Source: a virus. Taken from it: a stretch of DNA of 64,000 bases. Every line of letters starts with the position of its first letter. Position 1 is the first letter of the stretch. The notes under the pieces are model-generated. The model saw only the letters and a list, made by a program, of their open reading frames with translations. It searched no databases and was not told the DNA's origin. The stretch is taken from IMG/VR virus record IMGVR_UViG_3300007516_000015, positions 4,136-68,135 of that record. One strand, 5' to 3'. Shown piece after piece: positions 41,959 through 52,133 of the stretch. The translations under genes were made by a program, and so were the position numbers.

Positions 41959-42873
41959 ATGCCAATAAAAAAGGTAATACATTTAGCTGATATCCATATC
42001 AGAACGTATAGAATGCATAGTGAATATAAAGAATCGTTTATAACACTATTTGATGAAATAACCAAAGCTATTGAGGGTTATCAACGAGATGAAGTTCGTA
42101 TAATAATAGTTGGTGATTTAGTTCATCAAAAAATTATCATATCAAACGAGCAATTAATTTTGGGTACTTGGTTTTTAAGAAAATTAGAAGCTATAGCTCC
42201 TGTTGTAATAATTGCTGGTAACCATGATTTATTAGAAAACAATAAAGACCGTATGGATAGTATAAGCCCAATGGTTCAATTCCTCCCAAATGAAAATATA
42301 AACTTTTTTAAAGAGTCTAAATGTTATCTTGATGATAATATAGTATGGTGTGTTTATTCAATATTTGAAGAAAACAAAACCCCGAACATAGAAAGTGCTA
42401 GATTAGAATTTGGTGACGACAAAACGTATATTGGGTTATTTCACGCACCACTAATAAACGCCAAAACTGATATTGGTTATGAATTTGACCACGGAGCAGG
42501 GTTAGATATATTCGAAGGTTGTGATATGGTGATGTTAGGTGATATACACAAACGTCAAATTTTTATCCACAAACAAACCATGGAAGTTGATAAAGAAAAC
42601 TTAGAAAGATATATAAAAATTGGTTGGGTTGTTGATGATGATAAGAACTCTGCAAAAATTAACATTAAAAAAGTAATACCAATATGTTATAGTGGTAGCC
42701 TTATTCAACAAGATTTTGGTGAAAACGTTACCAAACATGGTTTTCTTATGTGGGATATTGAAACCAAAACATTTACTGAGTATGATATCGAAAACAAATA
42801 TTCTCTTTATCAATTTAAGATAAAGTCTTTAGACGATTTAGATGCTAATGCTGAAAAAATAACAAATTTATAA
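41959..42873 (+). CDS. SbcD/Mre11/gp47-like metallophosphoesterase nuclease
   Basis: HLADIH, VGDL, AGNHD, FH, LGDIHKRQ, YSGSLIQQDFGE. Confidence 0.9.
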   Translation: MPIKKVIHLADIHIRTYRMHSEYKESFITLFDEITKAIEGYQRDEVRIIIVGDLVHQKIIISNEQLILGTWFLRKLEAIAPVVIIAGNHDLLENNKDRMDSISPMVQFLPNENINFFKESKCYLDDNIVWCVYSIFEENKTPNIESARLEFGDDKTYIGLFHAPLINAKTDIGYEFDHGAGLDIFEGCDMVMLGDIHKRQIFIHKQTMEVDKENLERYIKIGWVVDDDKNSAKINIKKVIPICYSGSLIQQDFGENVTKHGFLMWDIETKTFTEYDIENKYSLYQFKIKSLDDLDANAEKITNL

Positions 42874-42883
42874 TAAAAATAAA

Positions 42884-43165
42884 ATGAGCGAAGAGACAAC
42901 TGAAGGTAAGGGTGTTACAATAAAAGAGTTAAAAAATTTTTTAACTAGTTTACCCAAAGAATTTGATAATTTCGGAATGGTAAATGGAGAATATGCTGGA
43001 ACCGAAGACGATGGTTTTTATGTGAGATTGGATAAACCAATTACGCATTTAGAAATAGATGAAAAAACTGGAGAATTTTTACTATTAAATCAATCAGCAG
43101 AAGAAGTAAATACAATTATCGATATCATAACTAAAACAGATGGAGATTCCAAAGGAAATAAATAA
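42884..43165 (+). CDS. hypothetical protein
   Basis: 93 aa ORF with A-rich start. Confidence 0.65.
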   Translation: MSEETTEGKGVTIKELKNFLTSLPKEFDNFGMVNGEYAGTEDDGFYVRLDKPITHLEIDEKTGEFLLLNQSAEEVNTIIDIITKTDGDSKGNK

Positions 43166-43460
43166 TGAAATCTGGGATTATTGTAGGGTAAATAACATCA
43201 CCAACGTTGATGCTTTTATTTTAAAACTAATCAAACAAGGGTTTACCATTGAAAAATTCGGTTCTGTTCCGATGACCAATGTTGTTGAGAAAATCATTGA
43301 AGTTGAAAAGATTATCGAAGTTCCGATTAACGTTAACGATAATGAGTGGTATAAAAAATTCAATGAGTTATTAGTTAGTAATGAAAAATTAAAAAATGAT
43401 TATTCCTTATTATTAAAAAAAGGAGAAGAAACAAAAAAAGATTTATATGGTGAAAGATAG
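43140..43460 (+). CDS. hypothetical protein with VEKIIE repeats and coiled coil
   Basis: 106 aa ORF overlapping both neighbours. Confidence 0.7.
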   Translation: MEIPKEINNEIWDYCRVNNITNVDAFILKLIKQGFTIEKFGSVPMTNVVEKIIEVEKIIEVPINVNDNEWYKKFNELLVSNEKLKNDYSLLLKKGEETKKDLYGER

Positions 43461-45816
43461 TATAGAAACAAAAATAGAAGTTTCACAATATGGTAAAATT
43501 CGAGTTATTTGGGATGATAGACCTGAAAATTATTCAAAAGCGAATAAAATAAGAATCAGAAATCATTTTGCAAATAAATATAATATTAGTAAGGATGATG
43601 TTAATGTAATTTATCGGCCAGTCACATTTAACTCCAAAGGTGAAGCTATTGAAATTACTGGTTCCAATATAGAAAATATAATGGATATCAACTACCAAAG
43701 AGCTTTAATGAAGGAGTTAATACTTAGAGATGGTAAACAGGTAGATTTCAATAGAATTATAGCCTTAGATGATAAAGTTAATAATGAATTAAATATCGAT
43801 TTAACAATCTCTCAACATAAAAGATGGAGTGTAAAATGGATAATGGTTGATAATTTTTTATCATTTGGTGAAAACAATTTTTTATCTTTTAGCAAACTAA
43901 AAGGGCTTACGGTTGTTAATTCTATTCCTGGAAATCAGGGTGGGAAAACAACAATAACCATTGATGCTATAAAATTTTTATTGCATGGAACAACAACAAA
44001 AACTGATAAAAATGAAGATGTTTTTAATATTTTCACGGATAAAAATTTGTTGGTCGTGAGAGGAATGATTGAAGTAGATAATGAGGAAATTATTATTGAA
44101 AGAAAATTGAGGCGTAGTGCCAATAAAAGCGGTGGGTGGACCGTAACTAATAAAATAAACTACTTCAAGATATTACCTGACGGTGAAGAAGAAGTATTGA
44201 ATGATGAAGACGCTAAAAAGACTACTATAAAAATAAAAGAAACTATTGGTAGTGAAAAAGATTTCGAGATGTTGGTTTTGGCAACTGAAGCAAATCTAGA
44301 TGATTTAATTGGGTTAACAACAACTGAGTCTGGTAAGACCTTAACTAGAATGATTGGTTTGGAAGTTATCGAAATGAAAGAAGCGATAGTTAGAACCATG
44401 TTTAATGATTTTTCTAAAAAGAAGAAATCAAATGAATATGATGTTGTCTCATTAACCAATGATATAGTACAACATGAGGATAATATTTTAAAAGGTGAAA
44501 ACCTTGAAGAGCTTTTAAGAACTAGATTATCTGAAACAAAAAATGAAATTGGTGTTTTAAATCTAGAAAACGACAAGTTATTAAATAGCAAATCAAAAAT
44601 CGATGTTGAAATCTCAACACTAAATCCTTCTAAATTAGAAGAAGAAATTTCTGTTTTGATAACTAAAGGTATTGATTTGAAAAAGCAAATGGATGAGTTA
44701 GCTTTGAAGATTGCTGAAATTGGTTTAATAAATTTTGATGAAGACCTTCATCATTCATTAACGAAATCTTATTCAAAATCTCTTGGTGAAAAAATTGTGA
44801 AAGAATCTGAAATTAAACGTCTGGAGCTCGTGGTTCAAGGTTTAGTCGATGGGGGTGTTTGTCAATCTTGTAATCGTAAACTCGATGATGTTGATAACAC
44901 TGAACATATTAATAAACATAATTTAGAAATTTCTAACGTAAATATTGAGTTAGTTAATGTAGAAACCCTTATAAATAATACCGAGATAGAGTTAAATAAG
45001 TTGAATCTTATAAAACAAAATGTTGATTCTAAAAATCGATTAGAGTTAAATAAAGACAGAATAGAAGTAGAGGTTAATGGTTTAAGAAATAATGTTGTTG
45101 GTAAAAAGAATGATTTAAAAAAATATAATCTTAATCTAGAGGGTATTGAGTTTAACAAAAGAGTTGAAATTGCCGTCTCTAAAGTTAAAACAGATTTAGT
45201 TGTTTTAGAACACACAAAAGATGAAACGATAACTAGAATTGAGCGAGTTGTTTCAGACACGAAAAACCAAAGGGATGAAATAGTTGTGAAAACAAAACTA
45301 ATTGATGTTATTAAAAAAGAAGAAGAGGTTGATAGGATTTATAAAATTTATATTGAATTAGTTGGTAAAAAAGGCATCAGTAAATTAGTGTTACGTTCAA
45401 TTCTCCCGATAATAAATTCTGAATTATGTAGATTGCTGGAAGATGTTTGTGATTTTGAAGTTGAGATATTTATAGATGACAAAAATGACGTTAAGTTCTT
45501 ATTAAATAAAGATAACACCTCTAAACTTCTTAAATCTGGTAGTGGAATGGAAAAAACAGCCGCTAGTTTAGCTTTAAGAGCTGTTTTGGGTAAATTATCA
45601 ACTCTACCTATGCCAAATTTCATAACTTTTGATGAGGTCCTTGGTAAGATAGCACCTCAGAACATTGATAAATTAAAAGGGTTATTTGATAAAATAAAAG
45701 ACATGTATGATATTGTTTTTCTAGTAACTCACAATGATTTAGTCAAAGATTGGTCGGATAAAATAGTTACGGTTGTTAAAGAAAACAACGTTTCTAAGAT
45801 TAATATATTTGGTTAA
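43447..45816 (+). CDS. SbcC/Rad50/gp46-like SMC ATPase with N-terminal extension
   Basis: NFLSFG, Walker A NQGGKTT, zinc hook CQSC, signature SGMEK, Walker B FITFDE, VTH. Confidence 0.92.
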   Translation: MVKDSIETKIEVSQYGKIRVIWDDRPENYSKANKIRIRNHFANKYNISKDDVNVIYRPVTFNSKGEAIEITGSNIENIMDINYQRALMKELILRDGKQVDFNRIIALDDKVNNELNIDLTISQHKRWSVKWIMVDNFLSFGENNFLSFSKLKGLTVVNSIPGNQGGKTTITIDAIKFLLHGTTTKTDKNEDVFNIFTDKNLLVVRGMIEVDNEEIIIERKLRRSANKSGGWTVTNKINYFKILPDGEEEVLNDEDAKKTTIKIKETIGSEKDFEMLVLATEANLDDLIGLTTTESGKTLTRMIGLEVIEMKEAIVRTMFNDFSKKKKSNEYDVVSLTNDIVQHEDNILKGENLEELLRTRLSETKNEIGVLNLENDKLLNSKSKIDVEISTLNPSKLEEEISVLITKGIDLKKQMDELALKIAEIGLINFDEDLHHSLTKSYSKSLGEKIVKESEIKRLELVVQGLVDGGVCQSCNRKLDDVDNTEHINKHNLEISNVNIELVNVETLINNTEIELNKLNLIKQNVDSKNRLELNKDRIEVEVNGLRNNVVGKKNDLKKYNLNLEGIEFNKRVEIAVSKVKTDLVVLEHTKDETITRIERVVSDTKNQRDEIVVKTKLIDVIKKEEEVDRIYKIYIELVGKKGISKLVLRSILPIINSELCRLLEDVCDFEVEIFIDDKNDVKFLLNKDNTSKLLKSGSGMEKTAASLALRAVLGKLSTLPMPNFITFDEVLGKIAPQNIDKLKGLFDKIKDMYDIVFLVTHNDLVKDWSDKIVTVVKENNVSKINIFG

Positions 45817-45839
45817 TCCAATATAAGGTAGTACCTTTG
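45808..45839 (+). promoter_or_regulatory. Bacteroidota-type promoter
   Basis: TTTG-N20-TACCTTTG. Confidence 0.7.
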
Positions 45840-45855
45840 TATAAATTGATGTAAA

Positions 45856-46365
45856 ATGAAGTTTAGAAATTATTGTATAGTTATTATGGGGACCACCAAG
45901 GGTGTGCTTAGTGAAATCACTAAAATTAGTGAGGGTCAACCAAATGTATTAGATGCCAAAGGTATTCTAATCGCCACATTTTCTTCAATCGCTAACGTGG
46001 GTGAATTAACTGAATGGTTTATAGAGAATAATAGGAATTTTTTGCTTTTCGAGTTAAATGAAAAAAATTCTGGTTTCAACATATCAAAAATTGATATTCA
46101 TGAGGGGTTATTTGGTTTTTTAAAAAGCTTGGATACCGATGAAATGGATAAGATGTTTACCCAAGGTTTGGAGGTGGAGTCAACAGTTGTTGAAAGTAAG
46201 TCTAAACCTTTACGTGATTCTTTAACAGAGAATAAATTAGATAGGGAGGAAATTGAAAAGATGGGGACCAAGGATAAGGAAAAGTTGTTGGATGAGTTGA
46301 TAGAATCTGGGTTAGAAAATTTGTCGATAAAAGATAAAGAATTATTACCATTATTAACGAAATAA
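45856..46365 (+). CDS. hypothetical protein
   Basis: 169 aa ORF downstream of a promoter. Confidence 0.7.
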   Translation: MKFRNYCIVIMGTTKGVLSEITKISEGQPNVLDAKGILIATFSSIANVGELTEWFIENNRNFLLFELNEKNSGFNISKIDIHEGLFGFLKSLDTDEMDKMFTQGLEVESTVVESKSKPLRDSLTENKLDREEIEKMGTKDKEKLLDELIESGLENLSIKDKELLPLLTK

Positions 46366-46450
46366 ACCTCTAAAACACTTGACTTTTAGGGAAAAAAGAA
46401 CTATATTTATAAAACAAAATAACGAAAAAGACGAATAGTATGTAAAATTA

Positions 46451-47281
46451 ATGAGTAAAAAATATGTAAATTTCGATGTTGATGACAGCATTGCAAAATA
46501 TTTTAAAGATGTAAGGAAATCAGTTATTTTAACTCCTTCTGAGGAATTAGAATTAGCTATAAGAATTAAAAATGGGGAACAATCTGCTATAGATAGATTA
46601 GTCAATTCAAATTTGAAGTTTGTTGTTTCGATAGCGAAAGATTATCAAGGCCAAGGGTTACCATTATCAGATTTGATAAATGAAGGTAATTATGGTTTAA
46701 TAAAGGCGGCAACTAGGTTTGACCACACCAAAGGTTTTAGATTCATTTCTTACGCTGTGTGGTGGGTTAGACAATCGATTATTCAAAGTTTAAACGACAA
46801 CGCTAGAATAGTGAGGCTCCCAGCCAATATAATAAACAAATTATCATATTTAAACAAAGAAATTATTAAATTTGAAGTTGAAAATGAAAGAGAACCAGTT
46901 TATGGTGAAATTTTCGGAAAAGACAATGAGATTGTAACTCTTTTACGTTTTCCAAAATGTGCTTCATTAAACGATTTGATAAATGAAGATGGTGATGAGC
47001 TTATTGAATTAATACCTTCAGACACTGAAGGTGAAGACGCTATGATTGTTGATGAAAGAATCAAAAACGAAATAAATAAAGCCTTGTCAGTTCTCTCTGA
47101 CAGAGAGAGGGAGATAATTGAATCTTATTTTGGGATAAATAGCCGTTTCGAATCGATGACTTTAGAAGCAATCGGTGAACGATATTCTCTAACCAAAGAA
47201 AGAATTCGACAAATAAAAGAGAAAGCAATAAGAAAATTAAGACATAACGCCCATAATTTACATGGTTTGATTGATGAATAA
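46451..47281 (+). CDS. RNA polymerase sigma70 factor (RpoD-like, no region 1.1)
   Basis: NLKFVVSIAK.Y, DLINEGN.GL, RFD..KGFRFISYAVWWVRQSI, TLEAIG...LTKERIRQI. Confidence 0.95.
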   Translation: MSKKYVNFDVDDSIAKYFKDVRKSVILTPSEELELAIRIKNGEQSAIDRLVNSNLKFVVSIAKDYQGQGLPLSDLINEGNYGLIKAATRFDHTKGFRFISYAVWWVRQSIIQSLNDNARIVRLPANIINKLSYLNKEIIKFEVENEREPVYGEIFGKDNEIVTLLRFPKCASLNDLINEDGDELIELIPSDTEGEDAMIVDERIKNEINKALSVLSDREREIIESYFGINSRFESMTLEAIGERYSLTKERIRQIKEKAIRKLRHNAHNLHGLIDE

Positions 47282-47308
47282 AAAAGGGTAATTACCCTTT
47301 TTTTTTTT
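47280..47308 (+). terminator. intrinsic terminator
   Basis: aaaaagggta-at-tacccttttt hairpin with long T run. Confidence 0.88.
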
Positions 47309-47334
47309 ATTTTAGATATTTAATTAATACTTAT

Positions 47335-48501
47335 ATGAAGATAAAATTTAGTTATATAATGCTAGTTCTAGCGTTAGTTGTTGCTGGCTGTGCTGGTTAT
47401 TTTTCTGTTTGGGGTTTAAGTCAATTATTCGCTGGTGCCAGTACTGCTGTTATAATAATGGCTAGTGGGTTAGAAGTTGGTAAAATTTTAACAACAACAG
47501 CTTTACATAAATATTGGAAAAAAATTGCTAGTGGTTTAAGGATTTATTTAACAATAAGTGTTGTTGTTTTAATGATTATTACCTCTGTTGGTATTTATGG
47601 GTTCCTCTCAAACGCTTACCAAACAACTGCTAATAAATTAGAAATTCAGAATGGTGAAATAACTGTTTTGTCTGGTAAACAAGATATTTTTACAAAGAGT
47701 ATTGATAATAATCAAAAAATAGTTGAACAAAAAAACAAAAGAATAGACCAACTTTCAAGATTAAGAGATAACCAAGAAACACGTTTAGATAGTGCTGCTA
47801 GTAGTCGAAACAAGAATAACGCTAGGGCTGATATAAATAACGCTAATACAGAAATTCAAAAGTTAACTACTGATATTGATAATTTAAATTCTAATAATAA
47901 TATTCTATCAGATTCGGTTAATAAATACATAACAAAAATTTTAGAGGTAAATGCAAACAGCGGAGTTGCTGCGGAAATTGGTCCCCTAAAATATATCTCT
48001 GAATTAACAGGTGTATCTATGGGTAAAATCGTTAATTTTTTAATATTGCTATTAATATTTGTATTTGACCCATTAGCCGTTGCTTTGATTTTAATAACAA
48101 ATAGAATATTCGAAATCGAGTCTGAAAACAAAGTAACACCTGAATTGGCCCCTGAAGAAACACCTGAATTGGTCCCTGAAGTAACGCCTGAATTGGTCCC
48201 TGAAGAGACCCCTGAAGAAACTACTGAAGAAATCCCTGAAGAGGCACCTGAAGAAACTCCTTCAATAGCACCTTCAATAGCACCTTCAATAGCTCCCTCA
48301 GTAGTTCTTGAAGAAACACCTGAAACTCAACCTTGGGACTATAGGGATATGGATAAAATTATTGATTCGACTGAAGAACCAACGATTAAAAAAGTAACCA
48401 ATAAAGTTAAATTGGAAGACATACGAGAAATAAAAGAAAGAGGATATTCGGTTAAGGTTCCTTTACCAAAAACAAATAATCTAATAGATAGATTTCAATA
48501 A
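47335..48501 (+). CDS. multi-pass membrane protein with coiled coil and Pro/Glu repeats
   Basis: Three N-terminal hydrophobic helices, coiled coil, IFVFDPLAV helix, PEET and PSIA repeats. Confidence 0.75.
   Translation: MKIKFSYIMLVLALVVAGCAGYFSVWGLSQLFAGASTAVIIMASGLEVGKILTTTALHKYWKKIASGLRIYLTISVVVLMIITSVGIYGFLSNAYQTTANKLEIQNGEITVLSGKQDIFTKSIDNNQKIVEQKNKRIDQLSRLRDNQETRLDSAASSRNKNNARADINNANTEIQKLTTDIDNLNSNNNILSDSVNKYITKILEVNANSGVAAEIGPLKYISELTGVSMGKIVNFLILLLIFVFDPLAVALILITNRIFEIESENKVTPELAPEETPELVPEVTPELVPEETPEETTEEIPEEAPEETPSIAPSIAPSIAPSVVLEETPETQPWDYRDMDKIIDSTEEPTIKKVTNKVKLEDIREIKERGYSVKVPLPKTNNLIDRFQ
48136..48300 (+). repeat. coding 12-bp unit tandem repeats
   Basis: cctgaa-N6 units followed by three ccttcaatagc(a/t) units. 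Confidence 0.85.
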
Positions 48502-48503
48502 AA

Positions 48504-49115
48504 ATGATAATAGATGAAGAAACTTATAAGTTAGATAACACTAACTATGTACCAATAGAAATTAAAAAAACTAGAATAGTATTAGGCCACACATTCAATC
48601 ATGATATGCGTCATTTTATCGGGTGGAAACATAGGTTTAATGGCCATTATAAGAAAACGGCTGCATTTACTATAAGTTCATCTGGAAAAATATTCAAACA
48701 TTTTAACCCTAAGTTTTATTCGAAATATTTTAAACAATATGATTTAAACACTAGAAGTATCGTTATTTTATTAGAAAATGATGGTCACTTGATTAATGAT
48801 TCTGAAAATAATCAGTTCATTACGTGGAATGGAGATATTTATAAGGACCAAACAAAGGTTGTTGAAAAGAAATGGAGAGCTCTAAATTATTGGGTCCCTT
48901 ATTCTGAAGAGCAAATAGAGTCGGTAACCAATTTGGTTAAATCATTATGTGAAGAATTTGAGATTCCTTTATCGGCTATTAGTCATAACACTAAAGTTGA
49001 ATATTTAGGCGGTTTTAACGGGGTGTTATATAAAAGTAACCTTGAAAAATATCATACTGATTTAAACCCTTCTTGGGATTGTGAATTATTTAAAAAAAAC
49101 ATAGAAAAAAAATGA
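48504..49115 (+). CDS. N-acetylmuramoyl-L-alanine amidase-like protein (Amidase_2 fold, possibly degenerate)
   Basis: IVLGHT, F.I...G.I, SIVILLEN.G, YSEEQ.ES...L, SHN, DLNP. Confidence 0.7.
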   Translation: MIIDEETYKLDNTNYVPIEIKKTRIVLGHTFNHDMRHFIGWKHRFNGHYKKTAAFTISSSGKIFKHFNPKFYSKYFKQYDLNTRSIVILLENDGHLINDSENNQFITWNGDIYKDQTKVVEKKWRALNYWVPYSEEQIESVTNLVKSLCEEFEIPLSAISHNTKVEYLGGFNGVLYKSNLEKYHTDLNPSWDCELFKKNIEKK

Positions 49116-49573
49116 AAGAAAAAATAAATGAACACGATATGACCAAAAATATGATGAATATCATTAGAAGTGGTTTTAAAGTTAAATTAGTTACTGAGAA
49201 TGCTAACCAAGGTCAAACAGCACCATCACCGAGTCAAGGAGATAGTGGGGACACTATTGATGTTAGCAAAGGTGATGCAGTTTTTAATGATGAATATAAA
49301 AAATTATCTGAGATTGTAGACCCAAGTATTGAAATCACTAATTTCAAGATTTATGTTGTTGATAAAAATTGTGTTATAGAGGGGACTTTATTAAGTAACA
49401 AAGCAACTTTTAAAATGGAATTAACTACTGATGAAGCTTTAATCGACACTGGTAGTATTGGTTTAAATGATGACAATAATGAAATTTTGCGAAAACTCCA
49501 AGGTTACTTCAAGAACTGGAAGAATGAGTGGGCTAAAAAAATAACAACTGAATATAATCAAAGGCGAGACTAA
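49112..49573 (+). CDS. hypothetical protein
   Basis: 153 aa ORF coupled on both sides. Confidence 0.7.
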   Translation: MKEKINEHDMTKNMMNIIRSGFKVKLVTENANQGQTAPSPSQGDSGDTIDVSKGDAVFNDEYKKLSEIVDPSIEITNFKIYVVDKNCVIEGTLLSNKATFKMELTTDEALIDTGSIGLNDDNNEILRKLQGYFKNWKNEWAKKITTEYNQRRD

Positions 49574-49953
49574 TGAAAAAAAGTAAAATCGATTTTAAAA
49601 CAATTTTTATAATTATATTAAGTTTTGGTTTAATCTTAAGTTTTATTTTTGGTCAAAGAAGTAAGATTGATTATAAAAAAGATGAATTAAAAGGTCTTCA
49701 TAAAAAGAATGAAGAGCTGAGTTCTAAAAACGATAGTTTACGACTTATCAACGGAGCCTTGGGTAAACAATTAGTTGAAGTAGATAAACAGATTCAAGCT
49801 AGTGAATCTTTATTAGTCAAAACAGAATTAAAATTAAATAATCTAAAGCAAAAAAGAAATGAAACATCTAATCGTGTTAATAAGTTGTCTCCTACTGGGG
49901 TTTCAATTGAATTGTCAAACTTTATTGAAAGACAGAAAAGTCCAAATCGTTGA
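49573..49953 (+). CDS. putative inner-membrane spanin-like protein
   Basis: Single N-terminal TM helix plus coiled coil; near amidase; overlaps next gene. Confidence 0.5.
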   Translation: MKKSKIDFKTIFIIILSFGLILSFIFGQRSKIDYKKDELKGLHKKNEELSSKNDSLRLINGALGKQLVEVDKQIQASESLLVKTELKLNNLKQKRNETSNRVNKLSPTGVSIELSNFIERQKSPNR

Positions 49954-50326
49954 AATAAATGGTGATTCACTTCTTCAACTAAGTATTGAAGACGGTAGAA
50001 TCCTATTAAGGGCTGTTTTAGACGGTGAAATAGCTAATAGTTTAATACATGTTTATACAACAAGAGATAGTGTTAATAAATCAACAATAGGGTTATTGGA
50101 AGATAAAATAACTATTTTACAAGATAAGAATTCTAATCAAGTTTTGATAATCAATAATCTAGAAAACATAAAAAACAATAAAGATGGTGAAATTCTCATT
50201 TTAAATGATACTATCTTAACCCAAAAAAAAGATATTAGGAAACAAAAACTAATTAAAAAAATAGCTTTAATTGGGACCGTTGTTTTACCAGTTGCAACAC
50301 TATTACTCATACTTGGCCTGAAATAA
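49859..50326 (+). CDS. putative spanin-like protein with signal/lipoprotein N-terminus and C-terminal TM helix
   Basis: MKHLIVLISCLLLGFQLNC, coiled coil, hydrophobic C-terminus; 95-nt overlap with ORF 49573. Confidence 0.5.
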   Translation: MKHLIVLISCLLLGFQLNCQTLLKDRKVQIVEINGDSLLQLSIEDGRILLRAVLDGEIANSLIHVYTTRDSVNKSTIGLLEDKITILQDKNSNQVLIINNLENIKNNKDGEILILNDTILTQKKDIRKQKLIKKIALIGTVVLPVATLLLILGLK

Positions 50327-50351
50327 GGATAAATTTAGTATAATACAAAAT

Positions 50352-50374
50352 AAAGCCCTACTAGGGTTTTTTTT
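50352..50374 (+). terminator. intrinsic terminator
   Basis: aaagcccta-c-tagggtttt hairpin with T tail. Confidence 0.8.
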
Positions 50375-50411
50375 GGTTTAATACATATATTTATATAGAA
50401 ATACCAACATA

Positions 50412-50648
50412 ATGAATTTAAAAGAAGACTTAACTAAATCCGATGTTTCCAAAGAAATAAAAATTTTTATGGGTACTAGTGAATTTGAAGCTAAAATTCA
50501 AAAGATAGTTAAGGATAGAATCAAAAATGAAAAGGATTTAGAGGATAAAGTAGTTGAAATAGCGAAAAATGTTGTTGTTCAACTATATAAAACTCTTTGG
50601 ATAAAAAGAGCTACTTGGATGAATAATTTAACCAATAAAAGTAATTAA
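50412..50648 (+). CDS. hypothetical late protein
   Basis: 78 aa; TATTTAT at 50388-50394 upstream. Confidence 0.7.
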   Translation: MNLKEDLTKSDVSKEIKIFMGTSEFEAKIQKIVKDRIKNEKDLEDKVVEIAKNVVVQLYKTLWIKRATWMNNLTNKSN

Positions 50649-52088
50649 ATGAAGAAAATAAAAATTACCGAAAGGCAAGCTAAAATCTTGGGAATTAAAA
50701 AAGGTACGAAGTCTTTGAAAGAGGATAAAATCTCTGTTGTCAAGATAACCAAAGAACAATATAATAGGATTTTTGCGTCTGGTTTAATAAAAGAAAACAA
50801 TGTAAATCGAGTTGAACCAGAAGCTATTGCTAGTGATGGTTTCAAAAATGAAATAATTGAGCTCGTAAAATTTTTATATCGCGAGAATAAAGACTTATCA
50901 CCATATTGGGAACAACATGGTTTAAGTTATGATGAAATTTGTAAAGTTTTAACTAGTAAAAATATCCTTATCAGTAAGAATGGTAAACATGAAATATCTA
51001 AATCTCTAGGAAGTCCAGAACAAGCTCTTAGCACTCTAGAATCGACTTTAAAGAGTTTGATAGGTGAAGATGAAGAAATAGAAACTGAAGCGGTAAACGT
51101 ACCCTATGGAGCTGAGAATGACTCAAACGCTCCTGTCAACCAAGAAACAAATTATTCAAAACCAACAATACCAAATTCAGAACCGTTAAAGGTTATATTG
51201 TATAACCGTGAAATGGCTATATTAAAAGGTGCCGATGGTTCATATTATGCTTTCTTTTACGACTCAGTAGACCGAAACGATTTTGCTCAATATGCCGAAC
51301 GAGAAGAAACATTGGTTGGGAAAGATGATACTGGAGACCCAGATATTGAATTTGGTGACTTTGAAATAAATAATGACGTAATACAAGGGTATGTCAACGA
51401 TAATTTAGTTAATCTATCAAAAGGTGAAGGGTTACAAGCTTGGGAACAAGGTATTGATATTGTTAGGATTGATTCTGAATTAAAACAAGAATTGATTTCA
51501 ATGTATGATAAGAATAAACAAATTTCAAACATATTAGGTTCAATACAAGAAAATTCTGACGAATTCTCTCAAGCTTTCGAACCAACAAAACAAGCTTTCG
51601 TTAAATCTCCAGAGGCACAAACACCAGAAAAGGCTAATATATTAGCAAAATTAAAATCTAATAGAAAAGGTGAAGAAGATAGAAGAAACGCTGAAAAAGA
51701 CACACCATCAGAATTTGAAATTGATGAAACAACTACAGCTGCGTCTTCTGGGTCTTTTACACCACCATTAGGAATGACAAGAGGTAAATTAGATACTGGT
51801 GTTCCTGTCGTTCGTGAAACAACAACACAATCAGCTGGAAATTATCAATATGATGCAAACGCTTTACCAGGAATAAATAGAGATGGTTCTTTCAAAGAAA
51901 CCAAACAAACAAAAGCTCAAAAAAACACTCAATGGGCTGGTGGTTCTTTTGTAGATTTTAATGATTGTACCAAATTAAATAACAAAGTAGCTGGAACTGG
52001 TTGTAGTCAGGGTGGTGTAGATAATGTTGTAAAACTAAAGAAAAGTAGTGGTAATATCAACGCACCATCACTTAAAAGCGGTAAATAA
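50649..52088 (+). CDS. putative head-associated protein
   Basis: 479 aa; repeated KITE.Q / KIT.EQY N-terminal motif; ETTT repeats. Confidence 0.55.
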   Translation: MKKIKITERQAKILGIKKGTKSLKEDKISVVKITKEQYNRIFASGLIKENNVNRVEPEAIASDGFKNEIIELVKFLYRENKDLSPYWEQHGLSYDEICKVLTSKNILISKNGKHEISKSLGSPEQALSTLESTLKSLIGEDEEIETEAVNVPYGAENDSNAPVNQETNYSKPTIPNSEPLKVILYNREMAILKGADGSYYAFFYDSVDRNDFAQYAEREETLVGKDDTGDPDIEFGDFEINNDVIQGYVNDNLVNLSKGEGLQAWEQGIDIVRIDSELKQELISMYDKNKQISNILGSIQENSDEFSQAFEPTKQAFVKSPEAQTPEKANILAKLKSNRKGEEDRRNAEKDTPSEFEIDETTTAASSGSFTPPLGMTRGKLDTGVPVVRETTTQSAGNYQYDANALPGINRDGSFKETKQTKAQKNTQWAGGSFVDFNDCTKLNNKVAGTGCSQGGVDNVVKLKKSSGNINAPSLKSGK

Positions 52089-52133
52089 TGACTTTAAACA
52101 AAACTAAGATATTTATTAATAAATTAACCTGAA

